Source: Cyanophora paradoxa CCMP329 | Taxonomy: Eukaryota > Plantae > Glaucophyta | Reading direction: 5' to 3' | DNA: 64,000 bases | Assembly (NCBI GenBank): GCA_004431415.1 | Contig: QPMI01000531.1 | Coordinates: 62,001-126,000 of the forward strand | Shown: positions 34,701-47,032 of the stretch, piece by piece | Position numbering within the stretch: position 1 is the stretch's first letter | How the letters are laid out: every line of letters begins with the position of its first letter | Program-made: the position numbers and the translations under genes | The notes under the pieces: model-generated | Database searches by the model: none | Told to the model about the DNA's origin: nothing | Seen by the model: only the letters and a program-made list of their open reading frames with translations

Positions 34701-37700
34701 TCGTCATGATGAGCATGAAAGTCTCCACGTACTCGCACTCCTTGTCGGCGAGGGCGATCTTGAAGCCGCGCCCGCTCTTCTGGATGGCCTTCTCCAGCAC
34801 CGGGTCCAGCACGGGGTCGATCTCCTCCTCGATGTTCTCGATGAGGAGCGGCTTGCCGTACGCCATGCAGTCCTCCAGGTGCATGCGGAAGTTCTTGTCG
34901 GAGAGCTGCGACACGCGCAGCTGGTTCTTCTCCTCGCGGTTCTTGATCCACTGCAGGCCCTGGCCCTGCGGGTCGATGAGGATGGGCCACCGCGTCGACC
35001 GCGTGACCATGATGCCGTTCTGCGCGCCGCGCGTCAGCCGCCGGCCGGGGCGGGGCGGGGCGGGGCCGGGGGCGGGGCGGGGCGCGCCTGGATGGAGAGC
35101 TCGTCGGTGGGGAGGCCCTGCAGGTTCCACTCGCCGATGGTGCCCTCGTCGACGAGGAACTTGGTGACGGAGAGGCCCTCGGTGACGGGGATGTTGCGGG
35201 CCTTGCAGTCCGTGTAGAAGCGCTTGGAGAGGAGCATCTCGCGGAACTCCTGGTTGAAGGGCCCCACGTACGAGACGAAGGCGCACGCCAGCGCCACGTC
35301 GCCCACCAGCCGCTTGATTGTGTTCGCGAACTCCTTGCTCTGCTGCGTCCACCGGATCTTCTCGCCGGCGAGCCCGTTGATCAGCGACGTCGCCATCTCC
35401 ATCTTGCGCTTCGTCAGGTCGGCCTCCTCCTGCAGCCGCTGCTTCTCCGAGAGCGCCGCCTCGAACGTCTGGCGCATGGCGTCCAGCTCGCGCTCGCAGG
35501 CGTCCAGGTCGAGCTGGGCGGCCTGCGGGGCGCGGGGCCGGGTCAGGCGGGCGAGAGGGATCGGGGCCGGGGGCGCGGGCGCACGTGGAGCTTGGCGTTG
35601 GCGGCCTTGAGCTTGGCCTCGGCGATGCGCACGGACTCGAGCTTGGGGCCGACGATCTTGCGGCAGCGCGTGTACTCGACCATGGCGGCGACCCACTTGC
35701 AGAGGCCGGCGACGGCGCCGGCGCTCTTCTTGGCGGCCTCGAAGTTGAAGTCCTCCATCTCGAGGTACGGCTGCAGGAGCTCGATGGTCTCGTCGTTGAT
35801 GTCGTCGCGGCGGAACTCGAGGAGCTTGACGAGGAACTGCGTGTCCGCCATGACCTTGAGGGAGATCGGGTACGAGTCGAGGACCTGCAGGCGGCCCTTG
35901 AACTCGACCATCTTCGTGGGCACGATCTCCGCGTAGAAGAGCACGAGCACGCCGTCGAAGATGCGCTTGATGAGGTCCGGCGGGTTCTTCATCGTCTTCA
36001 GCAGCTGGATGTCCTTCGGCGTGATGCCCTTGAGCGCCTGCTCGGCGTCGCGCAGCGCCGGCTCGGCCGCCGCGAGGTCCTTCTGCGCCTCCGCCTTCTC
36101 CTCCGCGATGCGCGCCGCCTGCTCGGCCAGCAGGTTCGCCGTCGCCTGCACCTCCATCTTCTTCTTCTCGGCCTTGGTCGTCGAGACGCCGATCTCCTGC
36201 AGGAGCACCGCGGAGCGCTTCTGGGCGTCCGCGAGGTCGACCTCCTTCTTCTGCAGGTCGACCTTCATGACGGCGACCGTCTCCGAGGCCTCCAGCAGCT
36301 TGCGCAGGCCCGTGTCGATGTTGTTCGCCAGCTTGGAGATCTCCTTGAGCTTCTGCTCGTACACCTGGCGGAAGGTGGAGATGAAGGAGAGGTACGACTT
36401 GGGCGTGACGTAGACGTGGCGGCGGAAGCGCTGGAAGTACTCCTGCGTCGCCTCCGTCACGGTGTTGTGCACGCCGGCCATGTGCTGGATCAGCTGCTCC
36501 TTGACCTGCGGCGTGCACTCGATCGCGAAGTCCCCGATGAAGCGGCTCGCCACGTCCTTGAGGGCCGCCTCGGGCCACGGCAGGAACCAGTCGATGGTGC
36601 AGCCGGAGATGAGGCCCGGGAACTTGCGGGCGCGGACGCGGAACTTCTGGCCGACGGGCGAGAAGCAGAGCACGAGGTGAAGGTTGTCGCGGACGCGGTC
36701 GACGAAGAGCTTGTAGAGGTTCTCCGAGGTGTCGATGAAGCCCGGGAACTCGCCCTTCTTCTGCGCGTTCTTGACGACGGTGCGGAGGTCGTTGACGATG
36801 CCGTCCACCTCGTCCTTCTGGAAGAGGTTGGGGACCTCGCCCGTCGAGAGCACGAGGTTGATGTACTCGAGGAAGCCCTCCTCCTTGACCTCCGCGTCCG
36901 TGAAGATGAACGCGATCGGCTTGCCCGTCACGCCCGTCGTGCGGAAGAGCGCGCGCAGGTCGTCGTAGAGGTTGTTCGTGTTGTACGACTTGGTGATCGT
37001 AATCTGGAAGGTCTGGTAGCCGGCGATGTACGAGGCGAGGCGGGTGAGGGACTGCTTGCCAGAGCCGCCGACGCCGACGAGGAGGGCGGAGCCGCGGTCC
37101 ATGCGGATGATGCGGGAGATGCGCATGAGGTGCTTGAGGGCGTCCTCGAAGAGGACGAGGTCGAGCTTGCCGATCTTGGCCTCCTCGTTGTACTGCGACA
37201 TGAAGCCGTTGACGCGCTCGCGCAGCTGCGGCAGCGACTCCACGTAGCGGTAGATCTTGGGCGCCGCCATCACCTCCCCCGTCTCCGGGTTCTCGTACGG
37301 GTCCTCCAGGAAGTCTACGAAGTACATCGGCGACTTGACGATCTTCTCCGTGATCTCCTTCCCGAAGCGGTCCGTCGCCAGCTTGTTGATCTCCGCCTCG
37401 AACCAGTTCTTGTCGGCGTGGTCGATGAAGCGATCCGCGAAGACGCGCTCGCACTCGTGCTTCCAGAGCCCGACGACCACCGTCTCGTTCTGGATGATGT
37501 TGCGGGGGCAGACGGAGATGCCCTGGAAGACGCGGGAGAGGTCGCGCATGTTGAAGAGGTAGTGGAACTTGGCCGGCGTGGGGAGCATCTTGGCGGCCAC
37601 GCGCTCCCACAGCGTGATCGTGATGTCCGTCAGCATGTTGGAGACCTCGATGATGCGCGCAGAGAAGTTGCCCGTCTTGAAGCGGCCGCGGATGATGGAC

Positions 37701-40700
37701 CCGAAGACGGTGTCGATGGACTGGCGCGACGGCAGCGTCATGTTGAAGTTGTTGAACTGGCGCTTCAGGCGGTTCGGGATGTCGTTCTTGCCGCCTCCCG
37801 GGTGGTTCATGGCGCCGAAGAGCTGGATGTCGACGATGTTCTTGAACTCGCCGGGCTTCTCGAGGTTGTAGAAGCCCTCCTGGTCCATCAGCTGCCGCAC
37901 GATCTCGGCGGTCACCTGGTCGCCCCACTCGTTGATGTCCGGCATCGACATGTCGTCCAGGAAGACGAACATCTTCTTGCCCGAGGGCGGCCCGAACGTG
38001 CGCCCCTGCCGCTTCTCCACCGCCGACTCGATCGTGCGCTGGAAGAGCAGCGGCGTCGTCGCCGACGAGAAGTTGATCTTCTTCTGCAGGAACTGCTCCG
38101 AGTCCTGCCTCGAGATGTACTGCAGGATGACCGACGTCTTGGCCGTGCCGGGCCCGCCGATGAAGAGCACCGGCTTCCGCTGCTTCGCGATCGTGTCGAC
38201 GAGGTACTCGTACCGCGTCGAGTCCATCGTGGGCACGAAGAGGGTCGAGAACTGCGGGTCGTAGCCCGTCGGGTACGTCCACTCCGGGATCTTGGACTGC
38301 CACGTGACCCACTCGCCGGCGCCCTCCAGGGAGACGACGTGCTCGAAGACGGTGAGCGAGTCGGTGAGCTTGGGGACGTTCTGCGTGAGGGTCCGCAGGT
38401 GCGCGTCGAACTTGATGCGGTCCTTGATCTCGAGGAGGCCGCCGATGCCCCAGATGAGGCAGTAGATGAAGATGCGCTCGAGGTGCGCCTCGGGGTACAC
38501 CTCGTTGCTGTTCACCGAGTCCTCCAGGATGCCCGTGAGCAGGTTCACGATGGTCATCGCCGACGTGATCTGGGTGACGAGCATCATCGGCTTCAGCTCG
38601 AGCGCCATGAAGCGGAGCATCTCGTCGACGTATTTCTCGAAGAAGGCCCGCAGCAGCTGCGCCTCCGGCGGCCGCCGGGTCGCCAGCCACGACTCCACGG
38701 GCGGCTTCCAGCCCAGCTCGGATTCCGAGATGTAGATGATGCCGGCGCGCGACACGGTGGCCGGCGACGCGTTGTTCAGGTTCTCGACCTGCGCGGCACC
38801 GGCGCGCGTGAGCGGCGGCTTCTCGAGACGGGGCGCGCGGCGGCGGCCGCACCTCGAACATGAGCTTCATGAGGTTCGACATCGGGATGCGGTCGCCGTT
38901 GGCGAGCGTGAGGAGCTTGTTGTCGTCGAGCACGGTGTTCAGGTTCTCGATCCAGACGGCGTCGACGGGCCCGTCGAGGATGATCCAGGTGTTGTTGTTC
39001 TTGGTCTTGGAGGCCTTGCGCCAGAGGGCGGCGAAGATGCCGTCCGTCCAGTCGTTGGAGATGACGTCGAGGCGGCCGAACATCTGCGGCGCCGTGATGG
39101 CCTTCGGGTTCATGCGGAGCTCCTTGTGCGGGACGCCCGTCTCCGTGAGGGCCTTGGCGAGGATGTCGAGGCAGCGGCTCTTGCCCGAGCCGGCCGCGCC
39201 GACGAGCATGAGGCCGTGGCGCACGAGGCACATCTCGTAGAACTGGACGACCTTGTTGATCCAGTCCTTGTGCTGCTGGAGCGACGCCTCCCGGATCTGG
39301 TTCTCGATGGCCCGCTCGACCTCCATGTAGCGCGCCTTGTCGACGGTGATGCCGGGGAAGAGGTCGTTGATGAGGGAGAGGAAGAGCGGCACGTCCTCCG
39401 CCACGAACTTGGAGAGGTTCATGTCGCGGAGCGTGCGCATGAGCAGCACCGTCTCCGACTTGTCCGGGTTCGCGCGCTTCGTGGCGCCGGCCGTGCGGAG
39501 CACGGCGAGAATGTTGCGGAGGCCGAAGTCGTAGTGCGGCTGCTTGGAGAGCTGCTGCTCGCACAGGCCGTAAAGGACGAAGAACTTCTTGGAGAGGGGC
39601 GCGTTCTCGAGGAAGCCGCAGGCGGCGAGCTTGACCTTCATGATGATCTGGCGGTTGGGCACCATCATCGTCACGCCGCGGAAGAGGACCTTGAGGTTCT
39701 CGGGGAGCTCCTGGCGGCCGGCGTAGCCGGGGTTCATGGTGATGAAGAAGGAGCACTTGGGGTCGAGGGTGATGACTTGGCCGTCGGTGAAGACGATGTT
39801 GTCGCGCCGCTCGCGCATGCCCGTGAGGATGCAGGCCACCTGCTGGGCCACGACGGATAGCACCTCCAGCTCGATGCGGTTGAACTCGTCGAAGCAGCCC
39901 CAGCAGCCCGACTGCGCGAGGCCCTTCAGGATCTTGCCCATGGCGCGGTAGTCCATCTGGTCCGAGCAGTTGAACACGACGACGAACTTGCCGAGCGTGC
40001 GCCCCAGGTCTTTCGTCGTCTCCGTCTTGCCCGTGCCGGCGGGGCCGGCCGGGGCACCGCCGAGGTACATGCCGATAGCCTGCGCGGGGGACGATGCGTC
40101 AATCCGGGCCGCGCGAAGGGGGCGGGGCGCGGAGGGGCGGCGGGCCGGACCTGGGCCAGCGTGATGTAGCAGCGATCAGTGAGGGGCGTGATCACAAGAC
40201 GCTCCTTGCAGCCGAGGTACTCGTAGCAGTACTCGAAGTCGACGTCGGCGATCGAGATGATGCTGCGGGGCGGGGTCAGGGGGGAGGCGGGCCGGCGGGG
40301 TCTGGGCGGCGGCGCGGCAGGGGGCGCACCAGTTGTCGACGTCCTCCTTCCAGTAGAAGCGGCACTGCTTCTGCCACTCGAAGTCGAGGGGGTCCTTGAC
40401 CTTGAGGCGCACGAGGTCGTCGAAGGAGTCGCGCTGGTGGACCTGGATGGTGATGAGCGTCTCGATCTTGGTGCGGTCCAGCTTGGTGAGGTCCCGCGTC
40501 GTCATCGTGGAGAGCTCGGCGAGGATGCCCGAGATCTTCTTGAGCGTCGCCTGCATGATCTGCTTGTCGCTGCGGGAGCGGACAAGGGCCTCCTGGCAGT
40601 CCTGCGTCCACTGCAGCTGGATGCCGAGGAGGGCGACCTGGGCGGGGTACTTGGCGATGAACTCCTCGAGGGGCATGCTCCCGTTGATGTCCTCCGTCGA

Positions 40701-43700
40701 GTTGCGCACGATGTCCTTCATCGTCCGCTGCATCTCCTTCTCCAGCTTCGTCAGCCAGTCCTCGATGTTCCCCACCGCGTTCACCGCCGCCGACAGGTTC
40801 ACGTTCTCCCCCTCCGACGACTGCATCGCCGTCATCTGCGCGCGCGGCGGCGTCAGCGGTGGGGCAAGCGGGAGATCCAGGGCGGGCGCGGGGCGGGCTC
40901 GCCTTGTTGCGGTCGACGCGGTCGAAGGTGACGGAGCAGAGCGAGTCGAAGACGGACTGCAGGTGCTGCTGGATGGCCTGCGGCTCCGAGCCCTGGGACA
41001 GGATCTCGAGCAGGACGGTGTCCGACACGAAGTAGAAGCGGGGGAAGAGGTTGCGCTTCGCCTCGAGGTAGCCCGTGAGGGACTTCTGGCAGAGCTCGAG
41101 CTGCTCGGTGAGGTGCGGGAGCAGCGACTTGAGGAGGTCGTTGCCGAAGCACATCTGGATGACGTTGCGCGTCTCGAAGGCCTTGTTCATGATCTTCATG
41201 TAGTTCTTGTCGATCTGGGCGAAGCGCTTGGCCTCCTGCGGGAGCTGCTTGGCGATGTCGCCCGACGCGAAGACGGCCTCCATGTAGACCCACATGTTCT
41301 GCACGATGACCCACTGCTCGAGGATCTCGCTGATCGTCGAGAGCATCGTGTTCCACTTGGTGACCTCCTCCTTGAAGGGCGCCACGTAGCGGTTGGAGGC
41401 CATCGAGCCGAGCGCCATGCTCGACTCCTCCAGCTTCTCGATGATCTCGCCCGTCTCCTGGCCCTTGAGGAGCACGGGGCCGCGGTTCTTGAAGTTGGCG
41501 AAGGTGAGCTGCTGGTCCGCCCAGTCGTCCACGATCGTCTTGAGCTTCGTCTCGATGCCGAGCTCCTTGACGGCGGCGTTGCAGAGCTCCTCGATGTCCT
41601 CGCGGTTCGCCAGCAGGTTCGCCTCCATCAGGTGCGAGAGGCGCAGGAACTCGGGGTCCATGCGCAGCGTCTTGCCCGTGATCTGCATGAGCTGCTGCCA
41701 GTGCCGGGGCCGCATCGCCTTGTTGGAGAGCTGCTGCAGGAGCGGGAGCGACTCGAGGAAGTCGTCGATGGTCTTCTTGAGCTCCTTGTAGGCGTCCCAC
41801 TCGCGGAGCGCCTTGGGCATCTTCTTGCAGCTGTTCTGGAACTCGTTGACCTGGGAGGCCATGGCGTCGATGTTCGCGACGACGTCCACCCACAGGATGT
41901 CGCTGTAGCCGCCGATGACCGTGATGACGCGGTCGTAGAGCGAGTAGAGCTTGTCCAGCAGGTCCAGCTCCTTCTTCGTCTTCTTGAGCTCCGGGTACTC
42001 GGTGACGGGGAGGCCGAAGAGCTCCTCGCCGGCCGAGTAGGTCTCCCACTTGCGCTCGCGCTGCTCGTAGAGGGCCATGAACTTGCGGAGGCGCTCCATC
42101 GCGTCGTTCGGCGCCAGGCCGGCGACCATCGGCCCGTTCGCGTCGTAGTCGTTGCGGAAGAGGATGACGTCCGTGACGAAGACCTTGACCGACTTGACGA
42201 GGTCGCGCTTGAAGCCGGCCTGCAGCTGGGAGAGCGTCTCCGAGACGTCCGCCGCCTGCTTCCGCAGCTTCTTCCACGCGTAGCGCAGGTCCGAGACCAT
42301 GTCCACCTCCTCCTTCGGCACCCGGACCTCGTACTTGTGCAGCAGCTGGTACATCTCCTCGATCGGCCCCACCTGCATGTCGATCTCCGACTCCCGCTCC
42401 CGCACCTCCTTCAGGATGCCCATCACTGCGCCCCGCGCGTCAGGGTCGGCCGCGGCGCCGCGCGGCGCGCGCGGGGCGGGCGGCGGGCGCGGGCGCACCG
42501 ATGCGGACGTCCTCGAGGTCCTGGATCTGGCGGCCGAGCTTCATCTGGGTCTCCTTGATGTACTCCATGAAGGCCTCGAGGTCCTCCTTGGCCTGCGAGT
42601 GCAGGTTCTTCGCGTACTGCGCCTTCCACGCCGTCGCCTCGGCGCGGAGCGAGTTCTTGAGCGCCGCCGTCTCCAGCGAGAGGGCCCCGATGTTGTGCAC
42701 CGGCGTGATGTTCGCGATCTCCTGCTCGACGTCCATGTACTTCTTCAGCTCCGCCTCGAAGTCCTCCAGGGACGGGTTCTTCTTCATGAACTCCTGGTAG
42801 CTCGCCTGCATGTCCTCCTTCCACAGGAAGTCGTACTTGCGGAACGACTCGAGGTACTCGAAGACCTGCTTCTTCGTCCCCTCGATCGAGCCCGTCAACA
42901 GCAGCACCACCTGCGGAGCGAGGGGAGAGGTGAGCCCGGGCCGGCGCGGCGCGGCGCGGCGCGGCGCGGGGCCCCGCCCCGAGCAGCGGCAGCCGCACCT
43001 TGACGACCTCCTTGTCCTTGGCGACGAGGTTAAAGAAGGAGGCGTGGGTGCCGGCGGCGGCGTCGCGGTCGCGCTTCTCGCCCCACGCGTAGAGCTTCTT
43101 CGAGGCGCGGAGGATGGCGATGGCGGTGCGGTTGATGGAGGCCTGGATGTCGTCCAGCGACGGGTTCATGGAGACGTTCGGGATGGAGAGCTCGACGTTG
43201 ACGTCGAAGAAGGGCCGCTCCACGTACAGGAAGCCGCCCGAGGAGCGCGAGCCCAGGCGCTTCTTCAGGACCGTGAAGGAGGCCTTGGTCGCCTGCAGGA
43301 TGGCCTGGAACATCAGCCGCGAGTAGTAGTCCCGCAGCTTCTGGATGTCCTCGTCCGCCACGATCGAGCTGCCCATGTCCCCGCTGTCGATCGGGTAGTT
43401 GCAGATCATGCTGATCAGGTCGCCCACCGCCCGCTCCACCTCCAGGTTCTTCTGGTCCATGAACTGCGCGGGTCGGGGCCCGGGGCGTCAGCGCGGGGCC
43501 GGGGGCGCGGGCGCGGGCGGGGGCGGCGCGGGGCGGACCGTCGTCTGCTGCTCCATGTGCTTGAGCTGGGAGGAGACGAAGGACTCGACGGTGAAGGACT
43601 GGTCCGGGGGCAGGTCCACGAGGGTGCGCTTGGAGATGGACTTGAGGTTCGTCTCCACGCGGTTCTCGAGGATGTCGTTGATCTTGGAGACGAGGTCCTC

Positions 43701-46700
43701 CAGCTTGGAGAGCCCGTGGTGGATGCGGTGCAGGTACGCGTCGATGTTCATCGACGTCCACGTCAGCGTCGTCATGCCGGGCTGGATCTTGCGCTCCAGG
43801 TCTTGCAGGTGGGCCTTGAGGAGCGGGGAGAGGACCCAGGGGACCTTGGAGAGGACGCGGTCGTACTCCTTGAGCACGAACTGGAGCTGGTTGTAGTAGC
43901 TCTTGAACTTCTCCTCCTGGAGGAGGACCATCTTGGCGACCTCGGGCACCTCGACGCCCATCCGCTGCAGGCACTTGGTCTCGTGGATGAGCTGCAGGAT
44001 CTCCCGGTCGAAGTTGACGTACAGCTTGCCGTTGTCCGGGTGCCGGATGATGAGCGTCGCCTGCAGGCCGGCCTTGGCCGTCTCGATCGAGCGGCACCAC
44101 GCGTAGTGCCACAGCGTCTCGAACTCGATGAGCGCGCGCGCCACGCGGTTGTACGTGCGGATGATCTTCTTCGACTCCTTGGTCGTCATGATGTTCTTGT
44201 TCGTCTGGAACTTCTTCATCGGCTCCTCGATGCGCCGCAGCAGCTGCCGCGACCAGATGATGTTCCCCGCCACCGGCGGCGCGTTCCTCACCATCGGCGG
44301 GTTGTGCTTGTGCTTCTCGTAGATCTGCGCGCCCCGCATCGTCAGCCGGCGCCCCGCGGCGGCCTGGCGGGGCGGGGCGGCGCGCCTTCTGGACGGTCTC
44401 GAGGTCGAGGCCGTAGTTGTGGAAGATGACCATGTACTTGCTGTCGAGGTCGGCCTTGAGGTTCTCGCGGAGGAGGATCGACTGGAACTTCTTGAGGAGC
44501 GAGAGCGCGTGCTCCGTCGACGTGATGTTCTCGAACGACGAGTTGATGAAGCCCTGGAGGGCCGTCTCCAGCTCGTGGATGTTCATGTTGAACTCCAGGT
44601 AGTCGCGATCGAACTGCGCGGGCGCGCAAGGCGGCCCCCGTCAGCGCGGCGCGGGGGCGGCGGCGGCGGCCGGGGCGGCACCTGGTTCTTGGTGTAGTCG
44701 AGCAGGTCATAGGGCTTCTTCTTGAAGTCGTCGACGATGGTGAAGAAGTTCTTGATAAGCGCGTCCTTCGGGTGGCGCGAGCGGCGATGAGCGGAGGGGC
44801 GGGCCGGGGCGGGGCGGGGCGGGGCGGGCCGGGGCAGGGCAGGGCGGGGCGGGCGCACCATGCCCTCGACCGAGTGCTGGGCCAGCGACGAGAACTGCTG
44901 GATGGTCGAGAACATGTCGATGAGCTTCTGCACACGCTTGCAGAACAGCTCGAACTGCGGCGGGCGGGGGGGCGTCAAGGGCGGGGTCCGGGGCGTCTGG
45001 CGCATGGCAGTACGGGCGGCGCGGGCGGACCTTGCCGAAGATCTGATTCTCCGAGAAGTCAAACTGCTTGCCCTTCGGCTGCGCCAGGAGCTTGTCCTGC
45101 AAGCGGGGACGCGCGGGTCAGCAGGGCCGGGGCGGGGCAGGGCCGGGGCAGGGCCGGGGCGGGGCGGGGCGGGGCGCGCCTTGGTGATGCGGTACTGCTC
45201 CTGGTAGGCCTCGTTGAGCCTGATGCACGACTCGAGGTTGACGATGAGCTTGTTGGAGTCCTGGTCCCAGAGGCGCCCGGGCCCCGTGATGCACTGCTTG
45301 CAGTTCGTGATCATCTGGTTCGTGATCTTCACGAAGAGCGTCGTCATGCGCTCCGTCGTGTTGTAGTACCGCGCGATCGTGTGCATCCTGCACCCCCGCC
45401 GCCGCCGCGTTCAGCCGGCAGCGGGGCGGGGGCGGGGGCGGGAGACGGGGGCGGGGGCGGGGGGCGGACATCTTGACGTTGTTCATGAGGCCGGGGAGGA
45501 TGTCGAGGATGGTGGTCGGGGTGCCCGTGTAGAGCGGCTCGGTGTACTTCTCCAGCGTCGTCAGGTACTTGACGTTGTCCTTCGCCTCGTTCGCCGCGTC
45601 CGTGATCTGGTTGTCCAGCAGCTTCCACCGCTTGATGTGCTTCGACTTCGCCGCCGTCAGCACGCCGATCACGATCTTCGCGTCCTGCAAGGGCGTCCGG
45701 CGTCGGCGCCGCACGCTGGCGAGGCCGGAGCGGGCTGGCGGCGCGGGGAAAGGAGCGGACCTTCTCCTTCAGCTGCTCGGTGAGACTGTTGAACTTGGCC
45801 ATGCGGTTGCGCCAGTACTCGAGCTCCGAGTCCGGGCCGACGTCCTCGGGCTCCTTGCGCGTCTGCTCACTCTCCGCGAGGACACGCTCCACCTGCCGGC
45901 ACCAGTCCTCCAGCACCATCTCAAAGTGTCCCACCAGCTCCGGGTCCGACGCGGCGCGGTTGAAGGCCGCCTGCTTGTTCTCCACATCGTACTTCTTGTC
46001 CGGCTTCCGGAGCTCGATGCCACCCTGCCACGCAGGCGCAGCTAAGCGGGAGAACCGGCGGGGCGCGACGTGCGAGGAAGCACCTGAAGGCTCGTCACCG
46101 CCTCCGTGAGCGTCTCCACGAACTTGTGTACGCCGGTGAGGAACTCCTTGGTGGTGTCCTCGCTAGCGCGGGCCCACCCCTCCTGCTGCCGCAGGAGCGG
46201 GAAGTACAGGTCCGAAAGCAGCACGTGCAAGTTCTCCAGCGGTGCGCCAAGCAGCTCGCCGTAGACCTGTGCCGAACGGCGTGCGCGTGAGCTGGGCGTT
46301 ACGCGCGGCGGAGAGCCGAGGACGCACGAGATCCGTGTCCACTGTGGCGGCATTGACTGCCTTCGAGCCCGTCGCACGCGAGAAATACACTGCCTTCCCG
46401 GTAAGACGCTCATTGTCGCCGGTGGTCAAAAACAGCTCCTTCTTGGCCTGCGGGCGGGCGGGCGGGGCGGTGAGCATGGCGGTCGCACAAAGCTAGGGCT
46501 GCAACGCCCTCGCACCTCGGGGTTCAGGTCGTCGCCCTTGGCCTGGTGGTAGAAGAGGATCTTCTGCGGGCCGTCCGGCTGCAGGAATTGGTTGATGAGG
46601 CCAAGCTGCTTCTCGCCTGCGACGAAGTCCTCGACTTGCGTCGTGTCCAGGCCGAAGGCCTCCACCACCTTCCCGCTGATGTACCGGTGGCGCTGATCAA

Positions 46701-46713
46701 ACGCGAACGCCAT
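31756..46713 (-). CDS. DNAH5: Axonemal outer-arm dynein heavy chain, gamma type (ODA2/DNAH5-like), 21 introns by manual splicing
   Basis: P-loops [32 protein letters not shown]; [10 protein letters not shown]; tail motif [23 protein letters not shown]; C-terminus [13 protein letters not shown]. Confidence 0.96.
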
Positions 46714-47032
46714 CTTGCCGCTGCACTGCAGACTGCGCGATACGGATGTGAGCGGCTTCTACTAGCCAGCTGGGGCGAAGGAGCTGTAATCCGACGCACG
46801 CAGGCCGGCGGCAGCGCCGCTTCGAAGAAAACGCAACGAGGCCCTTCCGCCAACTCTAGGATGCTGAGGGCTACGGTTCTGATTGCTGATAAGCTGGCCT
46901 CTCCGCGGGCGCGTCCTCGACGGCCCAGAGACCAGCGCTGTGGAAGTCAAGAAAAGCGCGAGGGAGATTTGCTGTACCGGTCCCACGCCCCCCGGGTCCG
47001 TTCAAGTCGGGCGCGGCGCGACAGCTGCGACC
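46714..47032. promoter_or_regulatory. Probable bidirectional promoter between dynein HC and RFC1
   Basis: Divergent start codons at 46713 (-) and 47033 (+), 319 bp between them. Confidence 0.55.

Noticed and set aside
45460-45475. Apparent AT-starting donor in dynein (aag|atgtcc)
   Set aside because: Resolves as phase-2 GT-AG (AT|gtcc...cag|G), giving KMMHT.
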